64,000 nucleotides of DNA, taken from positions 124,001-188,000 of the forward strand of contig MU056703.1 in the NCBI GenBank assembly GCA_013239625.1. The letters are read 5' to 3'. Made by a program: the position numbers and the translations under genes. Positions 60,782 to 64,000 of this stretch are shown piece by piece. The notes beneath the pieces were generated by a model. The model did no database searches and was not told where the DNA came from. It saw only the letters and a program-made list of their open reading frames with translations. Position 1 is the stretch's first letter. Each line of letters starts with the position of its first letter. Source of the stretch: Lama guanicoe (Eukaryota).

Positions 60782-61362
60782 CTGCACCCCAATGTTCATA
60801 GAAGCACTATCTANNNNNNNNNNNNNNNNNNNNNNNNNNNNNNNNNNNNNNNNNNNNNNNNNNNNNNNNNNNNNNNNNNNNNNNNNNNNNNNNNNNNNNN
60901 NNNNNNNNNNNNNNNNNNNNNNNNNNNNNNNNNNNNNNNNNNNNNNNNNNNNNNNNNNNNNNNNCATTCTAAGTGAAGTAAGCCAGAAAGAGAAAGAAAA
61001 ATACCATATGAGATCGCTCATATGTGGAATCTAAAAAACAAAAACAAAAACAAACAAACAAACAAAAACAAAGTGTAAATACAGGACAGAAATAGACTCA
61101 CAGACAGAGAATACAGACTTGTGGTTACCAGGGGGGTGGAGGGTGGGAAGGGATAGACTGGGATTTCAAAATTGTAGAATAGATAAACAAGATTACACTG
61201 TATAGCACAGGGAAATATACACAAAATGTTATGATAACTCAACTCACAGAAAATGTGACAATGAGTGTGTATATGTCCATGAATGACTGAAAAATTGTGC
61301 TGAACACTGGAATTTGACACAACATTGTAAAATGATTATAAATCAATAAAAAATGTTAAAAA
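60782..61362 (+). mobile_element. Young 5'-truncated L1 with 15-bp TSD; contains a 151-N gap at 60814-60964
   Basis: TSD aagatactRaaaata at 60767-60781 and 61363-61377; target TTT|AAGA; ORF2 motif CTPMFIEAL; complete 3'UTR. Confidence 0.95.
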
Positions 61363-61639
61363 AAGATACTAAAAATAAAATGAAACCCTTCTTTCCTACA
61401 CTTTCTGCCTCATCTTCACAATGACAGTCACTACTATTTGGTCCATCTTCCTCGTTCAGAAAACGGTGGTCCTGCCCTGTGACTTGGCTTTTCTTTACTT
61501 TAATATTCAGTTACCACATTTTAGTTATTCATCCCCAAAATGCCTATCAAATCTAGATGCTTTTTCCCTATTCTAATGCCATTCCATTAGCTCTGTCACT
61601 TGCCACTCGTCTTCAATATCTTGTGTTATTTCATGGCTT

Positions 61640-61706
61640 TTTAAAAAATTGAAGTATAGTTGGTTTACAGTGTTTCAGGCATACAGCAAAGTGATTCAGT
61701 TTTATA

Positions 61707-61750
<44 letters not shown>

Positions 61751-61900
61751 TATATATCCTTTTTCAGATTGTTTTCCATGATAGGTTATTACAAGATGTT
61801 GACTATAATTCCCTGTGCTGCACAGTAGGTCCTTGTTTATTACCTGCTTTGTAAATAGTGTGTATCTGTTCATCCTAAACTCCCAGTTTATCCCACCCCC
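61640..61900 (-). mobile_element. L1 3'UTR with internal (TA)n expansion
   Basis: aattgaagtatagttggtttaca...ttccctgtgctgcacagtaggtcc...aactcccagtttatccc. Confidence 0.9.
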
Positions 61901-62591
61901 TGGCTTCAGGGGACCACCTCCCATAGAAAATTCAGCCTCCAGAGCTGTTCTGTGCAGCCAGACACTTTCTACTAAATTCTCTGCTGTTTTTAACTAACGG
62001 CCCAGAGTTAATTTTACTTACAAATGTATCATTTATTAACAATTGATATTATAATTTGACCTGGTCCCCTCCCGTGCTGTCTACCTAATTTCTGTTTGTG
62101 CTCTATTCGAGGTAAATCTTTGAACTTTCTCCTACAGCTTCTAATTGTATTAGCACAATTGCACTTTAGCTTGCAGAGTTTTACACATTTCACTGTTGGC
62201 TTTCTCCTGTCCAAGGAATATTTGCTTTACAACCTTCTTAAAATGAAAATGTATGAGAGACTCTGGGCTGAAGACAAGACATCTGCATGATTTTACCCAC
62301 TGGAGTTTGAAAACCGGGGCCCACAGCTCAGGGTAACAGCCAAATTCCCTCGTATGAGACACAACTGTCCTTCATTTCCAACTCTGTCCTCTTAACTACC
62401 TTCAAAATCCCATTTGCAGCCATATTCGTCCTATATGTTTTTGAAACACTGAATTTCTCAACTTGTTCACTGCTCTCTAATCTCGGGGCGTATTAGGTGT
62501 TTCAGCGGTTTCATAAAGTCTTGTCTCTGTGCGAGAGGCTTTTCTCTGCATTACTACAAAATGTGGTTTGCAAATATCACCTCCTCAGAAG

Positions 62592-62775
62592 ATAGTAACA
62601 GCTAACACGCACCGAGTGCTTGCGCTGCGTTGGCAGGTCCTTCCAAGCATCACCGCGTTCAGTCATCCCTGCGTCTCAAAGACGAGGCTTGAGCGGAGGA
62701 GCGCGCAGCAGCGGCCCAGCAAGTCACCTGTGTCAGCTGGCACAGATCCAGACCGAGCCCTGGGGAGGCAGGCGG
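62592..62775 (-). mobile_element. MIR remnant, strongly GC-shifted
   Basis: atagtaacagctaacacgcaccgagtgcttgc...caagtcac follows the MIR 3' end pattern. Confidence 0.5.
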
Positions 62776-62908
62776 TGGGCTCCCTGCCCCCGTCACTCTC
62801 TGTTGCCTTTCACTGGCTTCGTTTCTCTGTGGCAATTGCTGCATTCTAAAGTGATCCGTCTCATGTATCTATTCAGTATTCATATTGCATTTTTCCCTGT
62901 CAGAAGCT

Positions 62909-63249
62909 GTGGGTCAGTGGGATGGGACTTTGACGCCTGGGTCCAGAGCAGACCCTTGTACGTGGAAGATGCTCAATAAGTATTTCTTGGACGGATGGAT
63001 GGATGAATGGACAGAAGGAAGAAAGGACGGGTGGATGGGTGGTGAATGGAAACATGGAAGGATGAGTGGGTGGAGAAAGTGTGGGTCAAGTGGGTGGGGA
63101 CTTTGACGCCTGGGTCCAGAGCAGACCCTTGTACGTGGAAGATGCTCAATAAGTATTTCTTGGACGGATGGATGGATGAATGGACAGAAGGAAGAAAGGA
63201 CGGGTGGATGGGTGGTGAATGGAAACATGGAAGGATGAGTGGGTGGAGA
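62909..63249. repeat. Tandem duplication, period 173 bp, covering an L2 3' end and (GGAT)n
   Basis: 62924-63076 is identical to 63097-63249; contains gctcaataagtatttcttggacggatggatggatgaatg. Confidence 0.95.
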
Positions 63250-64000
63250 GAAGGACCCACAGGTGAGTGGGTGGACGGTAGGAAGACGGATGGTCCTGCT
63301 GTCCGGGCGGATGAGGGGAACAGTGTCTAAGCAAACACGTAAGCTTTCTCCTGTTTCCTCTCCAGAGGGCTGCCGGTTAGAGGTGCTACTACACTGCAGG
63401 ACAAAAACATCAGAAGACCTGGGGGCTCCTTAGAGACCCGGAACCTCAGGCTGCCCCCCAGACCCACCAAGGCAGAACCTTCATTGTGACAAAATTCCCA
63501 GTTAGTCCCACACACACTGAAGTCTGAGCACACTGGGGCCATTGTACATTTGAGTTTTTAATGAGAGGACAACACAAAGGATCTCACACTTACAATCAGT
63601 TTGTTGTGCACCTGAGAGCACTCTGAATTGAGAAGCTAAAAATTCTTTCTGTTTCGCGTTAGAAATGAGATTATAATTTTCCCTGCTGTGTTCTGAGTGT
63701 AAAAATAATAAAAAAATTAAATACCATGTAAAATGGAAACAATTTCTAAGAAAATCATACAAAACTAAGCTAAACTAAATCCTTTTTAATGCTCTAAGAA
63801 GCTGATTTCCAAAAAAGGATGTAATTCATTGGCATTGCTAGCCCACTAAATATTACTTAAAAAGTGGAAATCACTTTTGCAAATATCCATAAATACTAAA
63901 AATGTGATTTGCCAAAAATAACTTTCAAATACAACAGAAAAATATGAAAGGAAATGGGGCTGCATTATTTCATGCAGTTTATGCAATTATTATCCTTTTT

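Overview
Mammalian non-coding genomic DNA, almost certainly camelid (alpaca/llama/camel), judged from three Vic-1-type tRNA-derived SINEs and cetartiodactyl-type L1 3' ends. It comes from a draft assembly with two N gaps (11084-11366, 60814-60964). I recognise no protein-coding exon; the supplied ORFs are chance ORFs or repeat remnants. The window is intergenic or intronic. It contains young and old L1s (several with readable target-site duplications), ERV1-type solo LTRs (two near-identical copies 10.5 kb apart), MaLR/ERVL LTR remnants, L2, MIR and hAT-Charlie MITEs, repeat-poor motif-dense stretches that look like conserved enhancers, and many orphan CpG-rich patches. The most notable signals are: ancient repeats that appear rewritten AT->GC into CpG islands, a solo-LTR pair with octamer and CCAAT motifs bracketing two CpG islands, a candidate spliced minus-strand non-coding transcript, a twin-primed L1 and a template-switch micro-inversion in a SINE. 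I cannot support a claim of a wholly new biological system. Repeat family names come from remembered consensus sequences, not from a search.
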